A stretch of DNA of 35,609 nucleotides. It comes from Alphaproteobacteria bacterium (lineage in GTDB: Bacteria; Pseudomonadota; Alphaproteobacteria; Puniceispirillales; Puniceispirillaceae). The stretch is taken from positions 1 through 35,609 of the forward strand of contig WTHV01000073.1 of NCBI GenBank assembly GCA_011525265.1, given 5' to 3'. Within the stretch, counting starts at the first letter, position 1; every line of letters starts with the position of its first letter. Below are positions 35,413-35,609 of the stretch, piece after piece. Below the pieces are notes generated by a model that was not told the DNA's origin, did not search any database, and saw only the letters and a list, made by a program, of their open reading frames with translations. Made by a program: the position numbers and the translations under genes.

Positions 35413-35461
35413 ACGTTCTCACCCCCAAATTATGATAACGTTATAAATTACGTGATGGCGC

Positions 35462-35491
35462 ATAATAACCGAGGCTTATGAAGAAAGGCAA
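35462..35491 (-). promoter_or_regulatory. candidate sigma70-type promoter upstream of pyk (TTGCCT - 18 nt - TATTAT)
   Basis: On the minus strand the -35-like hexamer is TTGCCT (complement of 35486-35491) and the -10-like hexamer is TATTAT (complement of 35462-35467). The -10 element lies ~50 nt upstream of the ATG. This is a consensus match only. Confidence 0.25.
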
Positions 35492-35609
35492 GTAAAGCCC
35501 TCGCCTATTTAGTAATTTCAAATATTTCATGTCGCCTTTGGCATTGTCACTTATTCATTGAATTATATATTTGAGATTATTACGCTTGACGTATTAAAAG
35601 CTTTTTATG

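Noticed and set aside
1-35609. I searched the whole window for tRNA/rRNA genes, CRISPR arrays, IS elements or transposases, integrases, att-like repeats and prophage genes.
   Set aside because: No intergenic region is long enough or has a tRNA-like, direct-repeat/spacer or terminal-inverted-repeat structure. No ORF shows transposase or integrase motifs.

Overview
This is a compact bacterial chromosomal segment with moderate GC by eye. Gene content suggests a proteobacterium, probably an alphaproteobacterium, but the taxon is a guess. I support 17 protein-coding genes. I see no rRNA, tRNA, CRISPR, transposase or integrase. Ordinary genes flank both ends. On the left are an alpha/beta hydrolase fragment, an acuI/yhdH-type reductase, a rhodanese, a pirin and a TPR protein. 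On the right are a zinc-ribbon/DUF3426-like membrane protein, an M48 peptidase, a beta-hydroxyacid dehydrogenase and pyruvate kinase. Two accessory modules stand out. (1) 2170-6338 holds a SiaB-like kinase, a SiaC-like DUF1987 phosphoprotein and a convergent SiaA-like HAMP-PAS-PP2C sensor phosphatase. This is the Pseudomonas SiaABCD partner switch, except that a class III nucleotide cyclase (non-canonical Gln/Thr at the base-specifying positions) and a small ABM-like protein replace the GGDEF output enzyme. (2) 8011-31027, about 65% of the window, is a minus-strand two-partner-secretion (TPS) locus with three genes. The first is a TpsB transporter carrying a ~430-aa N-terminal extension with two Ig-like repeats. 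The second is a 108-aa membrane-anchored protein of unknown function. The third is one uninterrupted 19,695-nt gene for a 6,564-aa TpsA exoprotein. That protein has a TPS domain, then roughly 60-70 copies of a ~54-aa Gly/Val/Ala-rich repeat interrupted by acidic inserts, then a ~2,100-aa non-repeat C-terminal third with four close Cys pairs and no recognisable toxin/immunity pair. All family assignments were made by eye from motifs and remembered sequences. Nothing was checked against a database.
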